A DNA stretch of 64,000 nt from an uncultured Gemmatimonadales bacterium. Its GTDB lineage: Bacteria > Gemmatimonadota > Gemmatimonadetes > Longimicrobiales > RSA9. The stretch spans positions 1,536,001-1,600,000 of the forward strand of contig CAWCRS010000007.1 in NCBI GenBank assembly GCA_963798085.1. The letters are read 5' to 3'. Every line of letters starts with the position of its first letter. Position 1 is the first letter of the stretch. Positions 19,301 to 31,321 of the stretch are shown here, piece after piece. The translations under genes and the position numbers were made by a program. Below the pieces are notes generated by a model. The model saw only the letters and a program-made list of their open reading frames with translations, had not been told where the DNA came from and searched no databases.

Positions 19301-22300
19301 GACGGCAATGCTCAGGAGTTCCGCCGCGCTTGCACCCGTGATCGCTTCAGCCCCGTTCATTGTGCTTTGGCTGGCCGCGCCGGTGCTGGCGGGCGCGCTC
19401 AGCAGGGCACCGGCGCGACAGACCCGCGAGCTGGCGGCGCATGCACGAGCCCGGGCACTGCGTTATGCACTGCTGCACTGGCGCTTCTTCGATCGGTTCG
19501 TGGGGCGGAATACGAACGGGCTGGTACCGGACAACTACCAGGAAGACCCCGTACCCGCCACGGCGCTCCGTACATCGCCGACCAACATCGGGTTGCAGCT
19601 CCTGTCCACCGTCAGTGCCTGCGACCTCGGCTTCATTACAGTCGAGGAAATGACGGGGCGCATCGAGCTGGTCTTTCGTGCGCTCGAACGGATGGATCGC
19701 TTTCGCGGCCATTTCTACAACTGGTATGACCTCGAGAATCTGCGCGTGCTCGATCCCGGTTACATCTCGACCGTGGACAGCGGCAACCTCGCGGGTCACC
19801 TGATCGCGCTGCGCCAGGCGTTGCTCGCCATTCGACAGCAGCCTGCGGCGTCGCGCAACTGGCGTGCGCTCGATACCGGCCTCGAGCTGGCCTGCGAACG
19901 CCTGCAGGAGCTCCCCACGTCGGGCATCACCGCTGCACCGCATGCGTGGCAGGCGGTGCGCACGGCGCGCGCCCATGTGCAGCGCGCCCGCATGGCGCTG
20001 GCAGACGCCGCACGATCGACCTCGATCGCCTCATCCCTCGCCAGCATCGCCGCCATGCTGCACGCCGCGCAGGACGCCCTCAGCGCGACCACGGAATGGC
20101 CCGCCCTCGAGGAGCGCGCGCGCGAATGGATCAGCTGGAGCATGGAACGCGTCACCGCGCACACGAACGGGCCGCCTGCGGTTGCTGCCCAGCTCGAGGC
20201 ACTGGCGGACCGCGCCTATGCCTGCGCGATCGAAATGGACTTTGCGTTCCTGTCTGATGCCAGCCGCAAGCTGTTTGCCATTGGGTACCACCCCGACACG
20301 CATGCGCGTGACGCTTCGTACTACGATCTGCTCGCGTCCGAAGCCCGCCTGGCCAGCTTCATCGCCATTGCCAAACACAATGTTCCTGTCGAGCACTGGT
20401 TCCATCTGGGTCGGACGCTGACGCACGCCGCCGGCGCGACCGCGCTGGTTTCATGGAGCGGCAGCATGTTCGAGTATCTGATGCCGGCACTGGTGATGCG
20501 ATTCTGGCCGTTGACGCTGCTGGATCAGACGTACCGTGGCGCGGTGCACCGGCAGATCGCGTATGGCCGCAGGCGGGGTGTGCCCTGGGGCACGAGCGAG
20601 AGCGCGTACGCCGTGCGCGACCGGCATGCGACGTATCAGTATCGTGCTTTTGGTGTGCCCGACCTGGGCCTCAAGCATGGACTCGACCGTGAACTGGTGA
20701 TCGCACCCTACGCTTCCGTGCTGGCACTCATGGTCGAGCCGGGGCGGGCCATTGCCAATCTGAGCACGCTCGAGAAGCTGGGGGCGCTGGGCCCGTACGG
20801 CTTCCGCGATGCACTCGATTTCACGCGCGCACCCGCCGGCGCCCGCTACGTGATCGTCCGCACCTTCATGGCGCATCATATCGGCATGAGCCTCGTTTCC
20901 CTGACTAACACGCTGCTTCCAGAGCTCTGGCCCGGCCGATTCCATGCAGACCCAATGGTGCGCTCCGCTGAGCTGCTGCTGTATGAGCGTATTCCGCGCC
21001 GACTCGTGCTGCAGGGAGCGACGACTTCCGCCTCGACCGAAGTCATGCCGGAACCCGGCGCGGACAGTCCCAGTGTGCGCGAATTCACGTCGCCCGACAC
21101 GGTACAGCCGCACATCGCACTGCTGGGCCAGCTTCCGTATACCATCATGGTCAGCCACTGCGGTGGCGGGTACAGCCGGTTCGAAGACCTTGCGGTTACA
21201 CGCTGGCGCTCCAATGCGACTACCGACAACACGGGACAGTTCTGCTACATCAAGGATCTGCGTCGGGGACACGTCTGGTCCGCGGCGCATCAGCCGGTCT
21301 GCGTGAAGGCCGACGAGTATCGAGCCCTGTTTGCGACCGATCGCGTCACCTTCCACCGCGTCAATGCGGACATCGAGACCCGGACGGAGATCGCCATCGT
21401 ACCGGAGGACTCGGCTGAAGTGCGCCGCGTCACCGTCACCAACCATGGCCATGAGTCACGCGAGGTGGAGCTGACCAGCTACGGTGAAGTGGTACTGGCT
21501 CCACCCGCCGCCGAGCGCGTGCACCCTGCCTTCGCCAACCTGTTCGTGAGCACCGAATTCCACGAGTGGTGCAGCGCGATCACGGCCACCCGCCGGCCAC
21601 GCTCGGCAGAGGAGCGCTCGCTGGTCTGCGTCCACGTGGTTGCCACTGGCAACGAGCGTCTTGGCAGTGTGACATGCGAGACGGATCGTGCGCGATTTCT
21701 CGGGCGCGGGCGAACCACGCGTGACCCGCTCGCGCTCGAGGTCGATGGCGCGCTCTCCGGCACGACGGGTGCCGTGCTCGATCCCATCTTCGCTCTGCGC
21801 ACGCGCGTTCGCGTGGGTCCGGGAAAGTCTGCCGCCGTCGCCTTCACAACGCTGGTGGCGGTGACGCGCAAGCGCGCGTTCGAGCTGGCTGACCGCTACC
21901 ACACACTGCACGCGGCCCAGCGCGCGCTGGACCTGACCTGGACCGCGACGCAGGTCGAACTGCGTGAACTCAACATATCACCCGCCAATGCAACCATATT
22001 CCAGGAGCTGGCCGGTCACCTGCTCTACACGGGCGAGGGGCTCGGCCCGGCGGCGCGCGATCGTGCGGACAGTCCGGGTACCCAGCCGCTGCTCTGGTCG
22101 ACAGGTATTTCAGGGGACCTGCCCATCCTGCTGGCGTCCGTCGACTCGCCGGACGCAATACCGACGCTGCGGCAGATCTTCTCGGCGCACCATTACTGGC
22201 GGCGGCGTGGACTGCACATCAATGTGGTCGTGCTCAACAATCAGGCGACGACGTATCTGCATGAACTCGACGACCTCATCATGGCCACACTCGCCGCGTC

Positions 22301-25108
22301 CACCAATGCGGGCGTGGTCGATCAGCCGGGCGGTGTCTTCCTCAGGAGGCGGGACATTGTCGGGCCCGATGTACTACGGCTGCTCAAGGCGATCGCTCGC
22401 GTGCAGGTTCAATGCGACGGACAGTCGCTCGCAGACATTCTGCAATCCGCACTCATCCTGCCCGCGCCGCGGCCCGCCCATGGCGAAGCCTCGCCTGCGC
22501 ACGGCGCTGCCAGGCTCCAGGAGCTGCCAATCGGCAATGGACATTACGACGCTCCTCCTGTTGCACGTGATGGAGCCAGGCAAGGAGAAGGCTTGCCCGT
22601 TCCGCCGTACAGCGCTGCTGCCGTCGCGTTCGCCGCGAACGAGCCGCACCCGCTGCTTTTCGACAACGGCATTGGCGGCGTTGGCGCGAAGGGCGACTAC
22701 CACATGCGGGTGCACGTCGATTCACTTCCACCCGCGCCGTGGTCGAATGTCATCGCCAACCCGCACGGAGGCTTTCTGGTTACCGAGCGCGGCGCCGGGT
22801 TCACGTGGGCAGCGAACAGTTACTTCTATCGACTGACGCCCTGGCACAACGACCCGGTCAGTGATCCGCCCGGCGATGCGCTCTACCTGCAGGATGAAGA
22901 AACCGGTTCGCTCTGGAGCCCGACACCCGCGCCGGCCGGCAGTGGTCTGAACTACGCGGTTCGACACGGGCCAGGCTCGTCTTCATTCGAGCATACATTC
23001 GAGCACATCCGCACCGTGCTGACCATGAGCATGGTGGATGGCGAGGCGGTTCGTGTCTCGGCACTCCGTCTATCCAACGTGGGCGAACGGACTCGCACCA
23101 TCCGGTTGACCGCGTACGCGGAGTGGACGCTGGGCGTGTTGCGCGAGCAGACACGTCACCATGTGCGCACCATCTGTCAGCCCGAACAGGGCGCGATCTA
23201 CGCCCGCAACACGTTCGATCCACAGTTCGCGGGCTGGGTCGCGTTCTGCGCGCTGAGTGAACCGGTGACGGCATACTCGGCGGATCGCCGTGAATTCCTG
23301 GGCCGCAATGGAACGGTTGTAGATCCGGCTGCGTTGCGCACGGGCCGCTTGAGCGGCGCGACCGGCCCGGGTCTGGATCCGTGCGCGGCGCTGCAGTGTT
23401 GCATTGGGCTCGGCTCCCGGAGAAGCCGTGACATGGTGGTGCTCCTCGGCGCGGCGGAGTGGGCGGCATGGCGCGGAGACGGTGCCGATGCGCGGTGCGG
23501 CCGTCGCCGGGCGGCCAGCGTGCGATCACCGTGAGGTGGCCGCATGGGGGGACCGGCTCTCCGTCATCACGGTGCGCACACCGGAGCCCGACCTTCGACG
23601 CGCTGATGAACCGATGGGCGCTGTACCAGGCGCTGGCCTGCCGCATGTGGGGCACGCACGGGCTTGTACCAGAGCAGCGGTGCCTACGGCTTTCGCGACC
23701 AGCTGCAGGATGTCATGGCCTTCGTCTATGCCGCGCCCGGCCGTCGCCCGTGCGCACATCCTGCGTGCCAGCCGCGCCAGTTCGTGGAGGGCGACGTGCA
23801 GCACTGGTGGCATCCGCAGAGCGGCCGTGGCGTGCGCACCCGCTTCTCCGACGACCTTGCCTGGCTGCCTTTCGTGGTCGGACCACTACGTCGGAGTCAC
23901 CGGCGACGCGGCGTGCTCGATGAGCCGGTGCCCTTCTTACCATGCGCGTGCTCCAGCCCGGCGAGCAGGAAGTCTACGACTGCCACCGCTCGGTCGAGAT
24001 CGGGAGCGTGTACGAGCACTGCCTGCGGGCTCTGCGACCGCGCGTGCACGCAGGGAGCCACGAGCTGCCGCTGATCGGCTCGGGCGACTGGAACGACGGC
24101 ATGAACCGTGTGGGTGCGGGCGGACGGGGCGAGAGCGTCTGGCTCGGCCTGGTTCCTGTCGACGACACTGCGGGCTTCGCCTCGCATCGCGGGGCGAGCG
24201 CGATGACACACTCGGCGTCGACGCTGCTGGCGAGCGGCGGATCGGTACGCGCCGCCGTCGAAGAGCATGGCTGGGACGGTGCGTGGTACCGGCGCGCATA
24301 TTTCGATGACGGCAGTGCGCTCGGGTCAGCGCCGGGAGCGAGGAGTGCCGGATCGACGCCATCGCCCAGAGCTGGAGCGTGATCTCCGGGGGCGGACGAA
24401 CCCGAGCGGCAGCAGCAGGCGATGCGCGTCGCTCGAGGAGCATCTGGTGGACGGCGAGGCCCGCATCGTCCGCTTGCTGACGCCGCCGTTCGACAAGACG
24501 GACCGCAGGACCCGGGCTACATCAAGGGCTACCTGCCCGGGGTGCGGGAGAACGGTGCGCAGTACACGCACGCCGCGCTGTGGGCCGTGCTGGCACAGGC
24601 GGTGGCCGGGACGGCGAGCGGGCGTTGGAGCTGTTGCAGATGCTGAATCCGCTGCACCACGCTCGGCACGCGCGGCGAGGTGGCGAGCTACAAGGTGGAG
24701 CCGTACGTGGTGGCGGCGGACGTGTACACCGCGGAGGGCCAGCACAAACGAGGAGGGTGGACCTGGTACACGGGCTCGGCCAGCTGGATCTACCGGATCG
24801 GACTGGAGTCGATCCTCGGATTCGTCAAGCGCGGCTCTTCACTCGTCATCACTCCGTCCGTGCCCGCTGCATGGCGGGAGTACCGCATCGAGTACCGTTA
24901 CGGCCGCAGCACGTACGACATCGTGGTGGCGAGCGCGCCTGACGTGGAGGTGACGACGACCGAACTCGACGGCGTTGCGCTCGAAGACAATAACGTTGAG
25001 CTCGTCGATGACGGACAACTCCACACCGTCCGAATCAGCCGAGCCTCCGCAGACGCACGGGAGCCGGGCGGCCGCGCGCTTCCCGGCGTTCAGGCTTCGC
25101 GGTGTTGA
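16344..25108 (+). CDS. Cyclic beta-1,2-glucan synthase (Cgs/NdvB/ChvB-like; GT84 plus GH94 phosphorylase), with several frameshifts between about 23400 and 24700
   Basis: Motifs WLLDN, GWERKRGK, VITLDADT, SHDLIEG, HRWIRGDWQ, YYDLLASEAR and SWSGSMFEY. GH94 pieces YQSSGAYGFRDQLQD, GDWNDGMN, GVRENGAQYTHAA and GGWTWYTGSA lie in successive frames. Confidence 0.9.
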
Positions 25109-25112
25109 GCTG

Positions 25113-25538
25113 TCAGGAATGCGCGGGGACGCCGGCTTCGATCGCCACGCTCACTTCCGCACCGTGTACGAGCGTGTTATGGGCAGGACAGCTTCGTGCC
25201 ACGCGCTCCAGCATCTCGCCCCAGTGCGGGTCGATGCCGGCGGGCAATACCACCTTTACTTCGAACTGGCCGATGCGACTCGGCTGTTTCGCGCCATGCG
25301 TCGCGACTTCCACACGCATGCCCTGATAGTCAATGCTGCGGGCCTGGCAGAACTGCTGCACGTACAGCGCAATGCAGGTGCCCAGGGCGGCGCCCAGCAG
25401 CTCAATCGGCTGCGGCGCTTCATCGCCACCGACGGGTGCGGGCTGATCCACCACCAGCCAATGGCCCCGGATATCTGCTGCGAAACGCGCACCGCCTTCG
25501 TGCGTCACGACGAGGGGTGCGTGTGCGACGGCTGCCAT
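25113..25538 (-). CDS. OsmC family protein
   Basis: Motifs DQPAPVGG, PIELLGAALGTC and CPAHNTL. Confidence 0.85.
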   Translation of the reverse strand: MAAVAHAPLVVTHEGGARFAADIRGHWLVVDQPAPVGGDEAPQPIELLGAALGTCIALYVQQFCQARSIDYQGMRVEVATHGAKQPSRIGQFEVKVVLPAGIDPHWGEMLERVARSCPAHNTLVHGAEVSVAIEAGVPAHS

Positions 25539-25780
25539 GCTTGTTCTCCTGCTGCCGACCCGATTGAACTCGCACGCGACTGAGCGCACTGGCCACTGCG
25601 CGGCTGCGAGCGAAACATGCCATCCTGACACTATGAGACCGCGTGCGGGCGGGGTATGGGCCAGGCACCGACGCGTGCGTCAGGAGAAACCAGTCGCACT
25701 TTACACGCAACTGTAAGCCGGATACGTTGCGCCGCCCCGGTGCCGGGCGTCCCGGCCACGCTCAATCGTCCCTGGAGATC

Positions 25781-26773
25781 ATGCCCTATCTCACCGCTCA
25801 CCGGCTGAACGAACTGCTCGCACGGGCGCCCGCCGTTCGCGTTCTGGTGGTGGGCGATATCATGCTCGACCGCTATCTGCGCGGAGCTGCGTCCCGCATC
25901 TCACCCGAAGCGCCCGTGCCGGTCGTGCGCATCACAGAGGAGTGGCGCGCGCTGGGCGGCGCCGCCAACGTCGCGGCCAATGTCGTTGCGCTGGGTGCCG
26001 GGTGTACCCTGGCCGGCTGCATCGGCGAAGATGCGGAGGGTCGACTGGTGCGCGCGGCGTTGCACGAGAAGGGCATCAATGACAGTGCCGTCATCGAAGA
26101 CGCATCCCGACCGACGACCGTGAAGACGCGCATCATGGCGAGGCACCATCAGGTCGCGCGCTTCGACCGGGAAGCCGAAGACAATGTCGACAATGGCTGC
26201 GCGGCGCAGCTGGGGACGCGCATCCAGCAGGCATTGCAGCATTGCCAGGCAATGGTTCTGGAGGACTACAACAAGGGCGTGCTGGTGCAGCCGGTCGTCC
26301 GTGCCGCCATACGCGCCGCGACCGAGGCCGGCGTGCCCGTCGTTGTCGACCCGAAGTCGAGGAACTTCTTCGATTATGCGGGTGCGACGGTCTTCAAGCC
26401 CAACCGCACGGAGCTGGAGGCCGCGCTGCGCGGCGTGGCGCATCCCGATGATGCCGGCTGGATGGAACAGACGCGGCAACAGCTGTCGTGCGCGCACCTG
26501 CTGCTGACGCTGGGCGAAGATGGCATGTCGCTGATGACGGAAGCCGGCGTGTTCGTGCGTGTCCCGACGACCGCGCGCGCCGTGTTCGACGTGTCAGGAG
26601 CCGGCGACACGGTCACTGCTGCGGTGGCGGTAGCGCTGGCCGCGGGCGCGACGCCCGCCGAGGCCGCGATTCTCGCCAACCACGCGGCCGGCATCGAGGT
26701 GGGCAAGGTGGGTGTGGCCGCGGTCACGCCCGCCGAGCTGCTCGGTCACGTGCGCGAAACGCCGGCGGAATGA
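25781..26773 (+). CDS. rfaE1: D-glycero-beta-D-manno-heptose-7-phosphate kinase (HldA/RfaE domain I)
   Basis: Motifs GDIMLDRY, RISPEAPVPV, DYNKG and DVSGAGDT. Confidence 0.92.
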   Translation: MPYLTAHRLNELLARAPAVRVLVVGDIMLDRYLRGAASRISPEAPVPVVRITEEWRALGGAANVAANVVALGAGCTLAGCIGEDAEGRLVRAALHEKGINDSAVIEDASRPTTVKTRIMARHHQVARFDREAEDNVDNGCAAQLGTRIQQALQHCQAMVLEDYNKGVLVQPVVRAAIRAATEAGVPVVVDPKSRNFFDYAGATVFKPNRTELEAALRGVAHPDDAGWMEQTRQQLSCAHLLLTLGEDGMSLMTEAGVFVRVPTTARAVFDVSGAGDTVTAAVAVALAAGATPAEAAILANHAAGIEVGKVGVAAVTPAELLGHVRETPAE

Positions 26774-26811
26774 CACATGAGATCGCTCCCCCAAACACAT
26801 GACGAGGTGCC

Positions 26812-27198
26812 ATGAGTGCGCTGAAGCGAACCGAGACGAGCCATGCGCCATCCGCGATCGGACCGTACAGCCAGGCGATCACGACGGGCAACCTCGTGTT
26901 TACGGCAGGTCAGATCGCGCTCGACCCGGCGACCGGTCAGGTGGTCCCGGGCGCCATCCAGGAGCAGACTGAGCGCGTAATGCGCAATCTCGGCGCTATC
27001 CTCGAAGCGGCAGGCGCTTCCCTCGACTCCGTGGTCAAGACGACGGTGTTCCTGGCGGACATGGGTGAGTTCGCCGCCATGAACGAAGTGTACGCGCGCT
27101 GGTTCGGCGAGCACAAGCCGGCGCGCTCGACGGTTCAGGTTTCGCGGCTGCCGCGCGATGTGCGGGTCGAGATCGAGGCGATCGCTGTCGTGGGCTAG
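26812..27198 (+). CDS. RidA family enamine deaminase
   Basis: Motifs [20 protein letters not shown] and VEIEAIA. Confidence 0.93.
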   Translation: MSALKRTETSHAPSAIGPYSQAITTGNLVFTAGQIALDPATGQVVPGAIQEQTERVMRNLGAILEAAGASLDSVVKTTVFLADMGEFAAMNEVYARWFGEHKPARSTVQVSRLPRDVRVEIEAIAVVG

Positions 27199-27306
27199 CG
27201 GGCTGTTCCCACAGGACGGCACCTGCCTCGCCCGCCGCCGACATGCCCCGGGTGACCAACGCGGGCTGCAGGACACGGAGGATGGCGGCGCTGTGAAAAC
27301 TCGGAG

Positions 27307-29134
27307 TTACGGCGTCGCCTGATCCTCCAGCTGCCAGGCAATGCCCCACGCGCCCGGACCGAGGTGCGTCGCGATCACAGGTGTTGCCGGCACATCGATG
27401 ATGTCGCGCTCGCCCCAGCGCCGGCGCAACGCGCTGGACAGTTCTTCGACGATCTCCGGCCGGCCTACGTGCATGATGCCGAAGCGCAAGGCACGCGCCC
27501 CCACCGGTACCTGACGCTCCAGCAGATCCAGCATGCGGCCGGGCACGTTGCTGCTGCCGCGCACGTTGGCAAGTGGACCGACCCGGCCGTCCGGCGTGAG
27601 GGCGAGGATCGGTTTGATATCGAACAGACCCGCGATCATCACCTTGCCGCGGCCAACGCGGCCCGAGGCCAGCAGGTTGTCGAAGACGTCCACTGTGAAC
27701 AGGGTCCCGGACTGGGTACGGATGCGCGTCAGCTCGCGCTCGATCTCCTCCACCGGCATGCCCGATTCCGCCAGCTCGGCCGCGCGCAGTGCCAGCAAAC
27801 CCTGCGTCAGGCCGGCCGCGCGCGAATCGAACAACCGGAGGGATACGCCTTCGGCACGACGGGCCGCCGCCTCCGCCGAGGCGAAAGTGCCGGACAGGTT
27901 GGCGCCGACCAGGATGGCGAGCACCGACTCGCCGTCCGCCGCGGCTCGCCGGAATCCCTCCAGGAAGGATGCCGGAGCGGGCTGCGAGGTGGTGGCGCGC
28001 TCGCCCCCCTTCAGGCGCTCGGCGAAGCGCGCCGCGTCAATGTCCGCGCCGTCCATTAACACTTCGTTATCGAACACCACGAGCATGGGCACCACATGCA
28101 TGCCGTGGGCGCGCACGACCTCGTCCGGCAGATTGCAGGCGCTGTCCACGAGGATGCTGACCGGGCGCCGCGCCAGCTCAATGTGCGCGCCCGCCGCACG
28201 CTCCACTACGGCGTGCTGTACGGCCATGTCCTCGGCCTTGTGCGTGACCAGTCGACCTACGCTGCGCAGCCAGTCGAAGATGGCCTCCGGCGCATCCGTG
28301 TGAATGTGCACCTTGAGCACGTCGTCGCCACGGATCACGATCAGCGAATCGCCGCGCGCCCGCAGTGCTTCCCGCGCGGCATCAGCGCTGGGCAGCGTGG
28401 CGCCGCGCACCAGTGCCTCGGTGCAGAAGCGATAGCGCTCACTGGCGAGGGGATAGTCGACACGCGCCACGGCGGCCGACACGGCAGCGAAGACGGGCAC
28501 ATGCTCGAGCGCGCACGAACGGATCGCCGTGCAGATATGCGACGATACCCTCGAAGAGGTGCACGAAACCCTTGGCGCCGGCGTCGACTACTCCCGCTGC
28601 CCTCAGAATCGGCAGCAGGTCGGGTGTGCGCTCGAGCGCCGCGCGGGCGCGCGTGAGCAGCAGTTCGGTGAGGTCGATGAAGTCCTGCGTGGTGGCGGCC
28701 TGCGCTTCCTCCGCCACCTCGCGCATGACCGTGATGATCGTGCCCTCGACCGGCTTTTCCAGCGCGCGATACACGTGCTGCACGGCCGCATCCAGTGCCG
28801 CCGCGAACCCCGCGGCGTTCACGCGGTCCTGCGGGCGCACGGCCTCCGCAAAGCCGAGCAGGAAGTGGGAGAGGATCATGCCGCAGTTGCCGCGTGCACC
28901 CATGATCGCGGCGTCCGCCGCATGGTGCGCGATCACGTGCAGCGATGGTTCTTGCAGCGAGCGCAGCGCATCGGCGATGGCCGAAGCGGTGAGGGCGAGG
29001 TTGGTGCCGGTATCGCCGTCGGGTACAGGGAAGACGTTGATGCGATTCAACTCGGCGCGCTGCGCCTGCACATAGTCGCAGCCGGCAATCAGCGACCGCC
29101 GCAGGCTCTCGCCGTCGAGGTACTCGATGCGCAT
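27307..29134 (-). CDS. DAK2 (FakA-like) - DegV (FakB-like) fusion, with one frameshift near 28513
   Basis: INVFPVPDGDTGTN, GARGNCG, VDAGAKG, then KVHIHT, TTSQP, LLASGRVG and HLGPGA in the next frame. Confidence 0.85.
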
Positions 29135-29503
29135 GGGCGGCAAAGATACCGGAGGGGAAGGGGAGGCGGCCACCGGACCGTTTTGGCGTTGTTGGCTTCT
29201 GGCCGGTAACGACATGATTTTGCTGTCCCGCCAGGGCCCGTGACAGCCGTATGAGCCGCAAGCGGTGCTGTACGGGACACATGCGACGCGTCCTGCTGGA
29301 CAATTGGAGCGGCCGTGTGCGCAAACGGGCCACAAGCCACGAACGCCAAGACGGTCCGGGGCCGCACCACCCCCCGCGCCCGCGCCCTTGCGCTCACCCG
29401 GCCCCGCCGCGAGCCTTCGGCTTTCGTCATGGCCCATGCCCGCATGTACATCCACGCATGCAGGCCACTGGCGTCTACCGCTGCAACCGAGAATCAGGAG
29501 AGC

Positions 29504-31185
29504 ATGAGCACACCGCAATACATCTACGTCATGAAGGACCTGCGCAAGGTGGTGCCACCGAACCGCGAGATCCTGAAGGGTATCTGGCTGTCCTTCTTCC
29601 CTGGCGCGAAGATCGGCGTGGTCGGCCCCAACGGCGCGGGAAAAAGCTCGCTGCTCCGCATCATGGCCGGCGTCGATCCCGACTTTCAGGGCGAAGCCTG
29701 GCCCGCTCGCGGCACCCGTATCGGCTACCTTTCACAGGAACCGCAGCTCGATGCCGCGCTCGATGTGCGCGGCAATGTCGAGAAAGCCGTGCAGCCCATT
29801 CGCGATCTGCTGCGGCGGTTCGACGAGATCAACGCGAAATTCGCCGAACCCATGTCCGACGATGCGATGACGGCACTCCTCGAGGAACAGGCGAAAGTAC
29901 AGGACCGCATCGATGCGTCCGGCGCATGGGAGCTGGATCGCACCATAGAGATCGCCATGGATGCGCTGCGCCTGCCCCCGCTGACGCGAATGTCAGCACC
30001 CTCTCCGGCGGCGAACGGCGCCGCGTGGCGCTCTGCCGCCTGCTGCTCGAACAGCACGACATGCTGCTGCTGGACGAGCCCACCAACCACCTCGATGCCG
30101 AATCCGTCGCCTGGCTCGAGCGTCACCTGGGCGAGTTCAAGGGCACTGTGGTCGCCATCACACACGATCGCTACTTCCTCGACAACGTCGCGGAGTGGAT
30201 CCTCGAGCTGGATCGCGGCGAAGGCATTCCGTGGAAGGGCAACTATTCGTCGTGGCTCGAGCAGAAGCGAGATCGACTGCGTCAGGAGGAGAAGCAGGCA
30301 TCGGCCAGGCAGCGCACCCTGGAGCGCGAACTCGAGTGGGTGCGCATGGCGCCGCGCGCACGACAGGCCAGGAGCAAGGCCCGCATCACGGCGTACGAAG
30401 AGCTGCTGGGCAGCGATGCCCGCGAGAAGCTGGAGACGTCCGAGATCGTGATTCCGCAGGGACCTCGCCTTGGTGATGAAGTCGTCGTGGCGGAAGGCGT
30501 CGCCAAGGGCTACGGCGACCAGCTGCTGTTCGAGAATCTGACATTCCGGCTGCCGCGCGGCGGCGTGGTCGGCGTGATCGGACCGAACGGCGCGGGCAAG
30601 ACCACGCTCTTCCGCATGATCGTCGGGCAGGAGAAACCAGACACGGGTGAGCTGCGCGCAGGCGCGACCGTGCAACTCGCATACGTCGACCAGTTCCGCG
30701 ACGCGCTGGCCCCGGACAAGTCCGTGTGGCAGGAAGTGTCCGGAGGCGAAGACCAGCTCGACTTCGGCAAGGTCAAAGTCAACTCGCGCGCCTATCTCTC
30801 GTGGTTCGGCTTCAAGGGAGCGGACCAGCAGAAGAAGGTCGGCGTGCTCTCCGGCGGCGAACGCAATCGCCTGCACCTCGCCAAACTCCTGCGCTCCGGC
30901 GGCAACGTGCTGCTGCTCGACGAGCCCACGAACGACCTCGATGTCGACACGCTGCGCGCACTGGAAGAAGCGATTCTCGGCTTCGCCGGCTGCGTCGTCG
31001 TCATCACGCACGATCGCTGGTTCCTCGATCGCATTGCGACCCACATGCTCGCCTTCGAGGGAGACAGCCGCGCGGTGTGGTACGAAGGCAACTATCAGGA
31101 CTACGAGGCGGACCGCAAACGCCGCCTGGGCGCCGAGGCGGATCAGCCGCACCGCATCCGGTACAAGCGGCTGGTGCGCGGCTGA
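29504..31185 (+). CDS. ettA: Energy-dependent translational throttle ABC-F protein, with a frameshift at the C5 run 29975-29979
   Basis: [31 protein letters not shown], second ABC domain, terminal PHRIRYKRL. Confidence 0.92.
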
Positions 31186-31193
31186 CGACTCGC

Positions 31194-31292
31194 GGGGGCG
31201 GAGCCGTCCTGGTGGGCGGAGCGGTCTTCAAAACCGTCCTGGCCCGGGCTGACACCCGGGTTGGTGGGTTCGATTCCCACACGTCCCCGCCA
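31194..31292 (+). tRNA. selC: tRNA-Sec (UCA)
   Basis: Anticodon loop CTTCAAA, long variable arm CCCGGG/CCCGGG, extended acceptor stem, GCCA 3' end. Confidence 0.93.
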
Positions 31293-31321
31293 GCGCCATT
31301 TCCTGTCGATAACCACGTGTC

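Noticed and set aside
16207..25780. Prophage or integrative element at tmRNA
   Set aside because: I found no integrase, phage genes or duplicated att sequence.
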